Source: an uncultured Gammaproteobacteria bacterium
Lineage (GTDB): Bacteria > Pseudomonadota > Gammaproteobacteria > SZUA-140
NCBI GenBank assembly: GCA_964487925.1
Contig: CAZASZ010000005.1
Location: 1-54,380 of the forward strand
Length of the DNA stretch: 54,380 nucleotides
Direction of reading: 5' to 3'
In this document: one piece after another, positions 38,211 to 46,125 of the stretch
Numbering within the stretch: the first letter of the stretch is position 1
Layout: every line of letters begins with the position of its first letter
Notes under the pieces: model-generated
Databases searched by the model: none
The model's input: only the letters and a program-made list of their open reading frames with translations
What the model was told of the DNA's origin: nothing
Program-made: the position numbers and the translations under genes

Positions 38211-39140
38211 CTAGCTGGCAATGCTAAAGGCCATCGATTCGAGTACCTCACACTCATCCATGATGCGAGTGGCGATACTGTTTGCCTGGTATTCCGTGAT
38301 GCCCAGGTATTCCAGCGCACATTGAGGCGCGCCGACATGCGTGCCATCACCCATCCCGAAACCCTTCAGCAAACCGTCGGACAGCATAACCAGATGGGCA
38401 TAAACGGCATACGCGCCCTGATAGTGCTCGTCATGGTGATATTGCGTCGCGACAACGACCTCTTCCGGCAGTTGCCAGGACTCCAGCAGCCAGGCCCCGA
38501 TTTCGCCGTGGGTCGCGCCAAGAGTTTCTTTTTCTATCTCAACGATAGGGCGTTCTGGCGAGGCGCTGATGAACTTGTTTAGAATTAGGAACTCCTGGCG
38601 GAACAGGTGTCCCAGGATCAGGTGCCCAAAGTTGTGCAGTAGGCCCGTGAGATAGGCGATACCTGCTGGAGGCCTCTGGTCGCTTGGCAGGACCGCGCTC
38701 AAGGCCTGAGCTAGGGCCGCGCTGAAGATGGCGTGTTGCCAATGCGCCTCAAGCCCCAGAGGTACGTTGCGAGGGATCTTGAATGCACGGGCTGCGGTTG
38801 CGCCCAGTGCCAGGTTCATAACAGTGTTGAAGCCCAATACACGCGTCACTGCCGTGAAGACAGAATCGATTCGCCCGCTATAGGCGAAGAAAGGCGAGCT
38901 CGCATAACGCATGACAATTGCAGCGAGACTGGGGTCCAGTTCGATGATCTTGACCAGATCTTTCGTCTCGGCGTTGGAGTCTCCGCTGAGCTTGAGAATT
39001 TTGGTCGTCATCTCGGGCATTGGCGGCAGTTGTGCAAGATTGGCGATCCGCTGCTTTAGGTCCAGCAGCGGTTCGGCCTCGCCGGTCTTCCCTGATCTGG
39101 CTTCGTTTATGATTCCGACGGAATTGCCAGTGTGACTCAT
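38211..39140 (-). CDS. HDOD-domain signalling protein
   Basis: HDOD pattern LPPMPEMTTKILKL......DLVKIIELDPSLAAIVMRYASSPFF...VLGFNTVMNLAL...GLLHNFGHLIL. The track ORF (to 39446) overlaps the upstream hydrolase. Candidate starts are ATG 39140 (chosen), 39233 and 39272; none has a good SD. Confidence 0.75.
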   Translation of the reverse strand: MSHTGNSVGIINEARSGKTGEAEPLLDLKQRIANLAQLPPMPEMTTKILKLSGDSNAETKDLVKIIELDPSLAAIVMRYASSPFFAYSGRIDSVFTAVTRVLGFNTVMNLALGATAARAFKIPRNVPLGLEAHWQHAIFSAALAQALSAVLPSDQRPPAGIAYLTGLLHNFGHLILGHLFRQEFLILNKFISASPERPIVEIEKETLGATHGEIGAWLLESWQLPEEVVVATQYHHDEHYQGAYAVYAHLVMLSDGLLKGFGMGDGTHVGAPQCALEYLGITEYQANSIATRIMDECEVLESMAFSIAS

Positions 39141-39279
39141 GATCGATAACCCATAATTAATAAGGCCTAGATGCCAGTAGACCGTGAATTGGAGTGTGAT
39201 TCTTTGAAGCGCTTCACGGTATGGCTGATTCATCTTTAAGCGGGCCGCGCCGCCCTGCGCTGCATACTTCATGCTTGTT

Positions 39280-40125
39280 TTAGCGGCAAATGTCGTTTGA
39301 GCTTGATAGTTGAAGCGCTGGTGGCGGTAGAGCTGCCGCAAGGAAATCACAGATGCCTGGTATATATCGCCCATTGCCATCACGATAGCCATCATAATGG
39401 GGTCCGCTGATCTCCAGCAGCGATTTGGGTTCCTGGGCCGCATCAAATAGAGCCTGTCCGTGACTGAAGGGGATGAATTCGTCCGCCCTGCTGTGGATGA
39501 TCAGTACGGGCGAGGTGATCTCGGTCATGCGACTCAAAGTTGGGAAGGATGCGCGTAACAGCCATTGTCCAGGCACGAGGGGATAATGCCGTCGCGCTAG
39601 CGCCCTCATCGAGGTGAACGTAGACTCCAGGATCAAAGCTGCCGGGTGGTGTTGGCTGCCGATATAAGCGGCTACCGCCGCGCCGAGTGATCGTCCATGG
39701 ACGATGACCTGTTCCGGGAGCAGTCCCCTATGTTCTATAAGATAGGTCCATGCGGTCTCGGCATCCCGGTACAATCCCTGCTCCCCGGGGCGCCCACTGC
39801 TGAGGCCGTAACCTCGATAATCAATGGCGAACACATTGAGACCAATGGAGTGGAATTTTTGTAGGGAATCGACGACCTCGGACAGGCTGTCTCGGTTGCC
39901 GTGGAAGAACAGCAGGCAATAGCGGCTCTCCGGGCGTGGCAAAAACCAACCATTGATTCGTTCACCGTCAGATGTGGTCAGAGTCTCCTGGCTATACTCC
40001 AGCCCTAGGTCCTCGGGCGTGGCGGTTAGTCCCTTGCGGGCCTTGAATATCATTCGATCCTGGCCGAGGAACAGCCCTATCAGGAGCAGGGCGTAGAACA
40101 GTGCCAGTACGAGTAGGAGTGTCAT
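39280..40125 (-). CDS. Membrane-anchored alpha/beta hydrolase (serine hydrolase, ABHD-like)
   Basis: 281 aa. N-terminal TM helix, HG oxyanion motif (LFFHGN), nucleophile elbow GRSLGA, and distal D/H (HSRADEFIP...GPH). The ATG overlaps the pgeF stop (ATGA). Confidence 0.85.
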   Translation of the reverse strand: MTLLLVLALFYALLLIGLFLGQDRMIFKARKGLTATPEDLGLEYSQETLTTSDGERINGWFLPRPESRYCLLFFHGNRDSLSEVVDSLQKFHSIGLNVFAIDYRGYGLSSGRPGEQGLYRDAETAWTYLIEHRGLLPEQVIVHGRSLGAAVAAYIGSQHHPAALILESTFTSMRALARRHYPLVPGQWLLRASFPTLSRMTEITSPVLIIHSRADEFIPFSHGQALFDAAQEPKSLLEISGPHYDGYRDGNGRYIPGICDFLAAALPPPALQLSSSNDICR

Positions 40126-40865
40126 GAGGTCGTGGGCCCCGCGATCCAGATCAGCGTCGCCATCCGCCCGGTCTGGCCGTCACGGCGAAAGGAGTAGAAT
40201 CGCTTGTGATCGGAATATGTGCAGCTCGAATCGGCGTAGATATCACTGATCCCGCATCGTGTCATCTTGATTCGGGCGAGATGTTGCAGATCGGCCATCC
40301 AGCGTCCTGAATTCTGGGCCTGGAACGCCTGTTCCGCCTCGGGGTCGTCGTCCAGAAAGGCTCGATAAACCTCCGTGCCGACCTCGAAGGCCTTGGGTCC
40401 GATACAAGGCCCGAGCCATGCGAGAAGACGGGCGGAGCGGCCCTGAAAAGGTTTCAGGGCCTCTTCGATGATCCCTGCTGCAAGCCCTCTCCATCCAGCG
40501 TGTATGGCGGCGACCTGGGTCCCCTCTTGATCGGTGACCAGTATCGGCAAGCAGTCGGCTGTCATGACCGCACAGACTCGGTCGCGGTTTTGCGTCCAGA
40601 TGGCATCCGCCTCAGGCGAGGTAGTCCCAGGGTGTGCAGTAGCAGCGATTGTTTTGGTCCCGTGAACTTGTTTGAGCCACAGGGGTTCGGTTGGCAGGCA
40701 TCGAGTTAGGTGTTCCCGGTTCGCGGTCACGGCTGCGGGGGCATCACCGACATGGTCAGCGATGTTGAACGCCTCGTAGGGGTGCTCGCTACAGCCCCCC
40801 GCGCGTAAGGTCATGAATGCCCGTATCTGAGGCGGTGCCGGCCAATTTGGGATCAGCGTCTGCAC
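40122..40865 (-). CDS. pgeF: Peptidoglycan editing factor PgeF (YfiH / DUF152 family)
   Basis: 247 aa. LKQVHG, EADAIWT, AVMTADCLPILV and AIHAGWRGLAAGIIE motifs. E. coli has rluD-yfiH in the same order. Confidence 0.88.
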   Translation of the reverse strand: MQTLIPNWPAPPQIRAFMTLRAGGCSEHPYEAFNIADHVGDAPAAVTANREHLTRCLPTEPLWLKQVHGTKTIAATAHPGTTSPEADAIWTQNRDRVCAVMTADCLPILVTDQEGTQVAAIHAGWRGLAAGIIEEALKPFQGRSARLLAWLGPCIGPKAFEVGTEVYRAFLDDDPEAEQAFQAQNSGRWMADLQHLARIKMTRCGISDIYADSSCTYSDHKRFYSFRRDGQTGRMATLIWIAGPTTS

Positions 40866-40882
40866 AGTCCGTGTACGGACAA

Positions 40883-41614
40883 TCAGTGACGGGTGTTGTC
40901 CAGCGCGGCGCGGGCCATCTGCGCCGGTGATGTGTGTCGGACCACTTTGCCCTTGACGAGAAAGATGATGTACTCGCAGATGTTTTTAGCGTGATCGCCA
41001 ATGCGTTCAAGCGCCCTGACCGACCAGATGATGTCTAGTGATCGCCGGATCGTGCGCGGATCCTCCATCATGAGCGTCATTTGCTGGCGTAGAATGCCCT
41101 CGTATTCCATATCGATTAGCTCATCCTCTTGTGTAACCGCGAGCGCGGCCTCGGAATCGAGTCGTGCGAAGGCATCCAGAGTGTTATGGAGCAACTGGCA
41201 GACTCGCTCCCCGAGGCGCTGAATTTCGATGTACTGATTCCTGGGCCGTTCCACCTCGGCCAAATCAAGGGCGCGACGGGCCACCGTGGTTGCTTGATCG
41301 CCGATACGTTCGAGGTCATTGATGGTCTTGATGACTGTGAGCACGAGCCTGAGATCGCCGGCCGTGGGCTGACGTCGGACCAGGATGCGAGTACACTCCT
41401 CGTCCAGATCGACCTCGAGTGCGTTGACACGATGATCGTTCTCTATGACAGCAAGGCAGGACTTGACGTCATTGTGAATAAGCGCCCGTAGTGCTTCGGT
41501 AATCTGCTGCTCAACGAGGCCACCCATGATCAGGGCTCGGTTATGGATATCTTCAAGTTCACTGTCAAATTGGCGGGAGATATGATGTCTCCCTCGAGTC
41601 TCGGCCATGGTCAT
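40883..41614 (-). CDS. phoU: Phosphate signalling complex protein PhoU
   Basis: 243 aa. HISRQFDSELEDI...GGLVE and two PhoU repeats with the E(D)xxxD metal motifs (INDLERIGDQA; VRALERIGDHAKNI). The ATG overlaps the phoR stop (ATGA). Confidence 0.92.
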   Translation of the reverse strand: MTMAETRGRHHISRQFDSELEDIHNRALIMGGLVEQQITEALRALIHNDVKSCLAVIENDHRVNALEVDLDEECTRILVRRQPTAGDLRLVLTVIKTINDLERIGDQATTVARRALDLAEVERPRNQYIEIQRLGERVCQLLHNTLDAFARLDSEAALAVTQEDELIDMEYEGILRQQMTLMMEDPRTIRRSLDIIWSVRALERIGDHAKNICEYIIFLVKGKVVRHTSPAQMARAALDNTRH

Positions 41615-42939
41615 TCTCCTGTGTCTGCGTCCTGGACACGATCACGTTTAGTTGAAAGCGTTCTGCTACTAGGGAATCGGCAAATGAAGCGACTACCTTC
41701 GCCTGGTACGCTCTCGATCAATAACTTAGCTTCATGCAATCTCAGTACATGTTTGACGATCGAAAGGCCCAGTCCGGTTCCCCCGACCGATGAAGAACGA
41801 CCGGGGTCGACCCGGTAGAACCGCTCTGTCAGGCGGGAAATATGCTGACTTGGGATCCCGATGCCGGTATCGGTGACGACGAACTGACAACCCCCGTCTA
41901 TGCGTTGCCACGATGTCGTGACTCTACCACCACCGGGGGTATATTGCACTGCGTTGCTCAGCAAATTGGCGAACGCGCTATAGAGGTGCTGTTCGTCCCC
42001 CAACAGCCAAAGTTCTGCGTCGATTTCTTCGGGATCGATGGTGTGCGCGCCGTTACTTAGTGTACGCGTTTCTGACAGGATGCGTTCTAGCAGGGCTGGG
42101 ACATCGACCGCCGTGTCGCGCCGGCCTGGTTCCAGCGTTTCTAGGCGCGAAATCTGCAGCAGGTCCTTGATGAGTTGGTTCATGCGGCTTGCCTGGCGTT
42201 GCATCTGAGTCAGCGCTGGCCCGAGAGATGGATGGTCGTGGAAACGGTCGATCAGGGTCTCGAGGTAACCCGAGAAGACGGTTAGCGGGGTCCGAAGTTC
42301 ATGAGAAGCGTTGGCCACGAAGTCCCTGCGCATAACCTCCATGCGGTGGATCTGGCTGATATCCCGGGCCACCAGCAGGTACTGATCCCCGCCATATAGG
42401 ATGATCTGCATCGACAGCACGCGATCGCTCTTTCCAGGCATGACTAGCTTGAGCTGATCATCATGGTTTTCGGCCTGAAGATAGCGAATAAAGTCTGGAT
42501 AGCGGACGAGATTGTCGATGCGTTGGCCGAGGTCCCGCGGCGCCAGCCCCAGCCAGTTGGCCGCAGCCCTGTTGAACCAGCTGATGCTATAGTCCGCGCG
42601 CAGGGCGACAACCATATCGGGAAGTGCCGCCGCCGAAGTTTGATAACGCTCCAGGAGATCGGCTAGGCGTTGTTTGCGGCGTCGCGAGCGGCGCCGAATC
42701 TGAAAAACTTGGCGATAGACCTGGGTCCATATGTCGTTCCCTTCGCGCACGGGAATCTGTTCCTGTTCGTTGCCTTCGAGCCATGTAGAGAATCGGTGTG
42801 TCTCGCGCAGCTGCCAAATCAGGCAGAGTGTCAGTACGATAATGATCGTCGCTGGGATGGCGTTAAAAATCGCACCCACAAGCAATGCCGCCAGGACCAG
42901 CGCCAGTATCCGAGTTACGGTGCCAAGTATAGGCGACAC
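41611..42939 (-). CDS. phoR: Phosphate regulon sensor histidine kinase PhoR
   Basis: Two N-terminal TM helices and a charged linker (RRRSRRRKQRL). PAS, then H-box RRDFVANASHELRTPLTV (E. coli: RRNFFANVSHELRTPLTV), N-box, DTGIGI and GGTGLGLSIVKH. GTG 42939 overlaps the rluD stop by 1 nt (TAGTG). The track start 43026 lies inside rluD. Confidence 0.9.
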   Translation of the reverse strand: MSPILGTVTRILALVLAALLVGAIFNAIPATIIIVLTLCLIWQLRETHRFSTWLEGNEQEQIPVREGNDIWTQVYRQVFQIRRRSRRRKQRLADLLERYQTSAAALPDMVVALRADYSISWFNRAAANWLGLAPRDLGQRIDNLVRYPDFIRYLQAENHDDQLKLVMPGKSDRVLSMQIILYGGDQYLLVARDISQIHRMEVMRRDFVANASHELRTPLTVFSGYLETLIDRFHDHPSLGPALTQMQRQASRMNQLIKDLLQISRLETLEPGRRDTAVDVPALLERILSETRTLSNGAHTIDPEEIDAELWLLGDEQHLYSAFANLLSNAVQYTPGGGRVTTSWQRIDGGCQFVVTDTGIGIPSQHISRLTERFYRVDPGRSSSVGGTGLGLSIVKHVLRLHEAKLLIESVPGEGSRFICRFPSSRTLSTKRDRVQDADTGE

Positions 42940-43961
42940 TATGGTTGCCTCCGGGGCGGGCTCTCTTGATCTTCTCGCAGGCATGCAAGAAGCGATTGCA
43001 TGTCGTCGGGCAGTGGCGATTGCCATGACATCTCTTGCCCGGAGAGCGGGTGAGTCAATCCGAGCTCGGCCGCGTGTAAGGCTTGGCGTCGGAAACCGGC
43101 TAACATCTCGCGTAGCGGCGCCGTCGCGCCTTTGGGGATTCGTAGTCGACCGCCGTAGACCGGGTCCCCGACGATAGGGTGATTGATATGGGCCATGTGG
43201 ACACGAATCTGATGAGTCCGTCCGGTTTCCAGTCGGACAGTTAGCAGGCTATGACCCCGAAAGCGTTCTAGGACGCGGTAATGTGTGATCGCCTCCCGAC
43301 CGCCGTGCGTGACAGCCATGCGAGTCCTTTGCTGGGGGTGGCGGCCGATGGGGGCATCGACGTGTCCGCCCGCGATTAACACACCCCAGACCACCGTCTG
43401 GTACACCCGCTGGAACAAGCGTTGTTGCAGTTGGTCGGTCAGTGCCGTATGGGCCTGCAGAGTCTTGGCCACGACCAGGAGGCCGCTGGTGTCTTTATCA
43501 ATGCGATGGATGATCCCCGCTCTGGGGACGGTGGCCAGCTCAGGGGCGTGATGCAACAGGGCGTTGAGCATGGTGCCTTGGCGGTTACCTGCCCCGGGAT
43601 GAACGACCAGCCCGATAGGTTTGTCGACAACCAGCAGGGCCTCGTCCTCGTAGACGATTGCCAGCGGAATGTCCTCTGCCGTTACCCGCACATCGACCTC
43701 TAGCACGACATCGACCTCGATGTGCTCGCCACCCCGGACCCGATCGCGCTGGCGGCGCTGCGCCCCGTCGACCTTAACCAGATCATTCGCAATCCACGTC
43801 TGCAGGCGTGCCCTGGAAAATTCGGGAAACAATCGGGACAAGGCCTGGTCTAATCGTAGGCCCGTCATATCATCGGGGACGCTAGATGCTAGTCGCTGGT
43901 GGGCCTGCTTCGCGTCACCGGGCAAGGAACCATCCTCTGCTTGAGGCCTGTTGGGCGACAT
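42939..43961 (-). CDS. rluD: 23S rRNA pseudouridine(1911/1915/1917) synthase RluD
   Basis: 340 aa. S4 domain (GLRLDQALSRLFPEFSRARLQTWI....V.VDG) and the RluA-family catalytic motif HRIDKDTSGLLVVAK. Divergent from bamD, as in E. coli. Confidence 0.93.
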   Translation of the reverse strand: MSPNRPQAEDGSLPGDAKQAHQRLASSVPDDMTGLRLDQALSRLFPEFSRARLQTWIANDLVKVDGAQRRQRDRVRGGEHIEVDVVLEVDVRVTAEDIPLAIVYEDEALLVVDKPIGLVVHPGAGNRQGTMLNALLHHAPELATVPRAGIIHRIDKDTSGLLVVAKTLQAHTALTDQLQQRLFQRVYQTVVWGVLIAGGHVDAPIGRHPQQRTRMAVTHGGREAITHYRVLERFRGHSLLTVRLETGRTHQIRVHMAHINHPIVGDPVYGGRLRIPKGATAPLREMLAGFRRQALHAAELGLTHPLSGQEMSWQSPLPDDMQSLLACLREDQESPPRRQP

Positions 43962-44058
43962 CCATTATTTCCTGTAGTATTCGTTATCATAGCCATCGGC
44001 GCCCCATCTTCTCGGCGGCAATGGCGCGTCTGCTTACCATTAAACGGGCACATTATCC

Positions 44059-45345
44059 ATGAACACTGAACCCCTGTCTTTTTTCAAGATCGATCGGCAA
44101 TATGGGTCACTTGTTATCGTACTTCTCCTGGCGCTACTCAATGCCGCATGCGCCAGTGTGAAACCGGTAGCTGAGAGCACCGCACCCGTTGCTCGCGAGA
44201 CGGCAGCGCCAGCTAGTCCTGATGTTCAGCCGGTTGAGCAACCGGCACTTGGATTTGATGGTCGCTATGAAGCGGCAAAAAAAGCGCTCATGGCAGGGGA
44301 TTTTCCCGATGCCGTGCGGATGTACCGCGAGCTCGATGTTTTGGATCCGGACGAGGAAAAGGTCGTTCAGGCCCGGATCGAACTAGCCTATGCATACTAC
44401 CGGTTCGGTGACAGCGCGTCTTCTATTGCCGTCGCGGAACGTTTTATCGGGCGATATCCGGATCACCCCAATCTAGACTATCTCTATTATCTACGCGCGT
44501 TGGCTAATTTTCGGATCGCCAAGCAGGGCGTTGCCGAACCGGATGCGGAAAACCTTCCTCCCGAGGCCGCGCTTGCGATCCGTGACTTTGAGGGCTTGAT
44601 CCAGCGCTTTCCGGAATCCAAGTACAGCAAGGATGCGGCGGAGCGAGTCTTGGAACTTAAGACCGCGATGGCGCGACAGGAACTGGCGATCGCCAAGCGC
44701 CTGCTTGGTAAGCAGCGTGCTAGCGAGGCAGGTTTGCATGCCATTGATGTCAGTAGGTTGACTCAGGATCCTGCCCTCAATCAGGAGGCCAAAACCCTGC
44801 TGAATATGAGCTATAGCCAACTCGGCTTGCTCGTTAAGGCAAAGAAGAAAGCGCCCAAGGCACCCGCCGTTCGGTTGCACGACGAGACCTGGATTATGGC
44901 TCAGAAACCCAGCGATCTGACGCTGCAGTTGCTGGGCACGAGCAACCAGAAGGCCCTGCGTCGTTTTATTCACAACGCGGAGCTTAAGGGTGACATGGCC
45001 TATTTCGAGGCAACCGCATCCGGGAAGCCGTGGTTTACATTGATCTATGGACGCTATACCGATCGCGCCGCGGCCGAACAGGCGAGCGCGCATGTCCGGG
45101 ACTTGGCGCCGGCCGTTAAGCCCTGGATCAGACCCATGTCCGCGGTGCAGAAACATGTTACCGGTGTCGTCTTCGGCAAGGGACGAATGGCAGGCCCGGC
45201 AGCGCTCTCGAAGGCCGTAGATGTTGAAAGGCCCTCTACCGTGCGAGCTGGTGAGCCCGAACCGGAGCAGCCGCCGCCGGCGCATGGTTCCGAAACCTTG
45301 CCCGAGTCCACAGCGGGTACCCCGGAGGCTAATGCCCATGAGTAG
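44059..45345 (+). CDS. Lipoprotein with BamD(YfiO)-like TPR domain fused to a C-terminal DamX-type SPOR domain
   Basis: 428 aa. Signal/lipobox-like LLALLNAAC. Residues ~70-230 parallel BamD (compare YRELD...ARIELAYAYYRFGDSASSIAVAERFIGRYPDHPNLDYLYYLRALANF with the next gene's LLDLAYVHYKLKEPESAVAAANQFIKTYPRDSNIDYAYYLRGLATF). The C-terminus LTLQLLGTSNQKALRRFI...GKPWFTLIYGRYTDRAAAEQA...KPWIRPMSAVQ follows the SPOR pattern of DamX. Confidence 0.8.
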   Translation: MNTEPLSFFKIDRQYGSLVIVLLLALLNAACASVKPVAESTAPVARETAAPASPDVQPVEQPALGFDGRYEAAKKALMAGDFPDAVRMYRELDVLDPDEEKVVQARIELAYAYYRFGDSASSIAVAERFIGRYPDHPNLDYLYYLRALANFRIAKQGVAEPDAENLPPEAALAIRDFEGLIQRFPESKYSKDAAERVLELKTAMARQELAIAKRLLGKQRASEAGLHAIDVSRLTQDPALNQEAKTLLNMSYSQLGLLVKAKKKAPKAPAVRLHDETWIMAQKPSDLTLQLLGTSNQKALRRFIHNAELKGDMAYFEATASGKPWFTLIYGRYTDRAAAEQASAHVRDLAPAVKPWIRPMSAVQKHVTGVVFGKGRMAGPAALSKAVDVERPSTVRAGEPEPEQPPPAHGSETLPESTAGTPEANAHE

Positions 45346-46078
45346 TCGTTTTCGCGGTATTCGCCTGGCCGGTTTGGTCGCACTGGGGTTGTTGCTAAAT
45401 GCCTGTGCAACGCTTAATGAGGAGGCGCCGCAGAGCGCTGATCAGATCTATGAAGAGGGTCGCAAGGCGCTCGCGGGCGGATATTATGAAACGGCGGTGA
45501 AGCAGTTTGATGCCTTGTCGGCGCAATATCCTTTCGGGGCTCACGCCCCTGCCGCATTACTCGATCTTGCGTACGTCCACTACAAGTTGAAAGAGCCGGA
45601 ATCGGCTGTCGCGGCCGCCAATCAGTTCATCAAGACCTATCCGCGGGATTCCAATATTGATTATGCTTATTACCTTCGGGGTTTGGCGACCTTCGATGCT
45701 AACGCGGCCTTTGGCGACGCTTGGGTCGATCTGGACTCGGCGGAGCGGGATCCCAAGCAGGCGCGCCAATCCTTCCAGTATTTCGCCGAGCTCCTGCAAC
45801 GGTTCCCGGAAAGCCGCTATGCCCCCGATGCCGCGCAACGCATGGTCTATCTGCGCAACTATTTGGCTCGACACGAGATCTACGTGGCTCAATACTACAT
45901 GCGCCTCGGCGCCTATCTGGCCGCAATCAAGCGCTCGACTTATGTCCTTGAACATTTTCCAAGGACGCCATCGGTGCGTGACGCCCTCAGCACTATGAGC
46001 GACGGTTACCGCCATCTTGGCATTGATGACTTGGCGGCTGATACCGATCGGGTCCTCAAAGCGAACCCTATTCCCTAG
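45338..46078 (+). CDS. bamD: Outer-membrane protein assembly factor BamD
   Basis: Lipobox LLLNAC, TPR-like repeats and the RFPESRYAPDA / YVAQYYMRLGAYLAAI motifs of BamD/YfiO. ATG 45338 overlaps the upstream gene's end by 8 nt (ATGAGTAG). The track start 45221 was rejected. Confidence 0.9.
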   Translation: MSSRFRGIRLAGLVALGLLLNACATLNEEAPQSADQIYEEGRKALAGGYYETAVKQFDALSAQYPFGAHAPAALLDLAYVHYKLKEPESAVAAANQFIKTYPRDSNIDYAYYLRGLATFDANAAFGDAWVDLDSAERDPKQARQSFQYFAELLQRFPESRYAPDAAQRMVYLRNYLARHEIYVAQYYMRLGAYLAAIKRSTYVLEHFPRTPSVRDALSTMSDGYRHLGIDDLAADTDRVLKANPIP

Positions 46079-46125
46079 AACCTTCTCAAAACTACTGCGC
46101 TCGCTACATTGAGATAGGTTTTAAA

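Noticed and set aside
42940-43026. N-terminal extension of the phoR track ORF into rluD
   Set aside because: It would overlap rluD by 88 nt. GTG 42939 gives a PhoR of E. coli-like length, starting just before TM1.
44491-45339. 282-aa minus-strand ORF
   Set aside because: It is a shadow ORF antisense to the BamD-SPOR gene, with an Arg/Gly/Leu-rich low-information composition.
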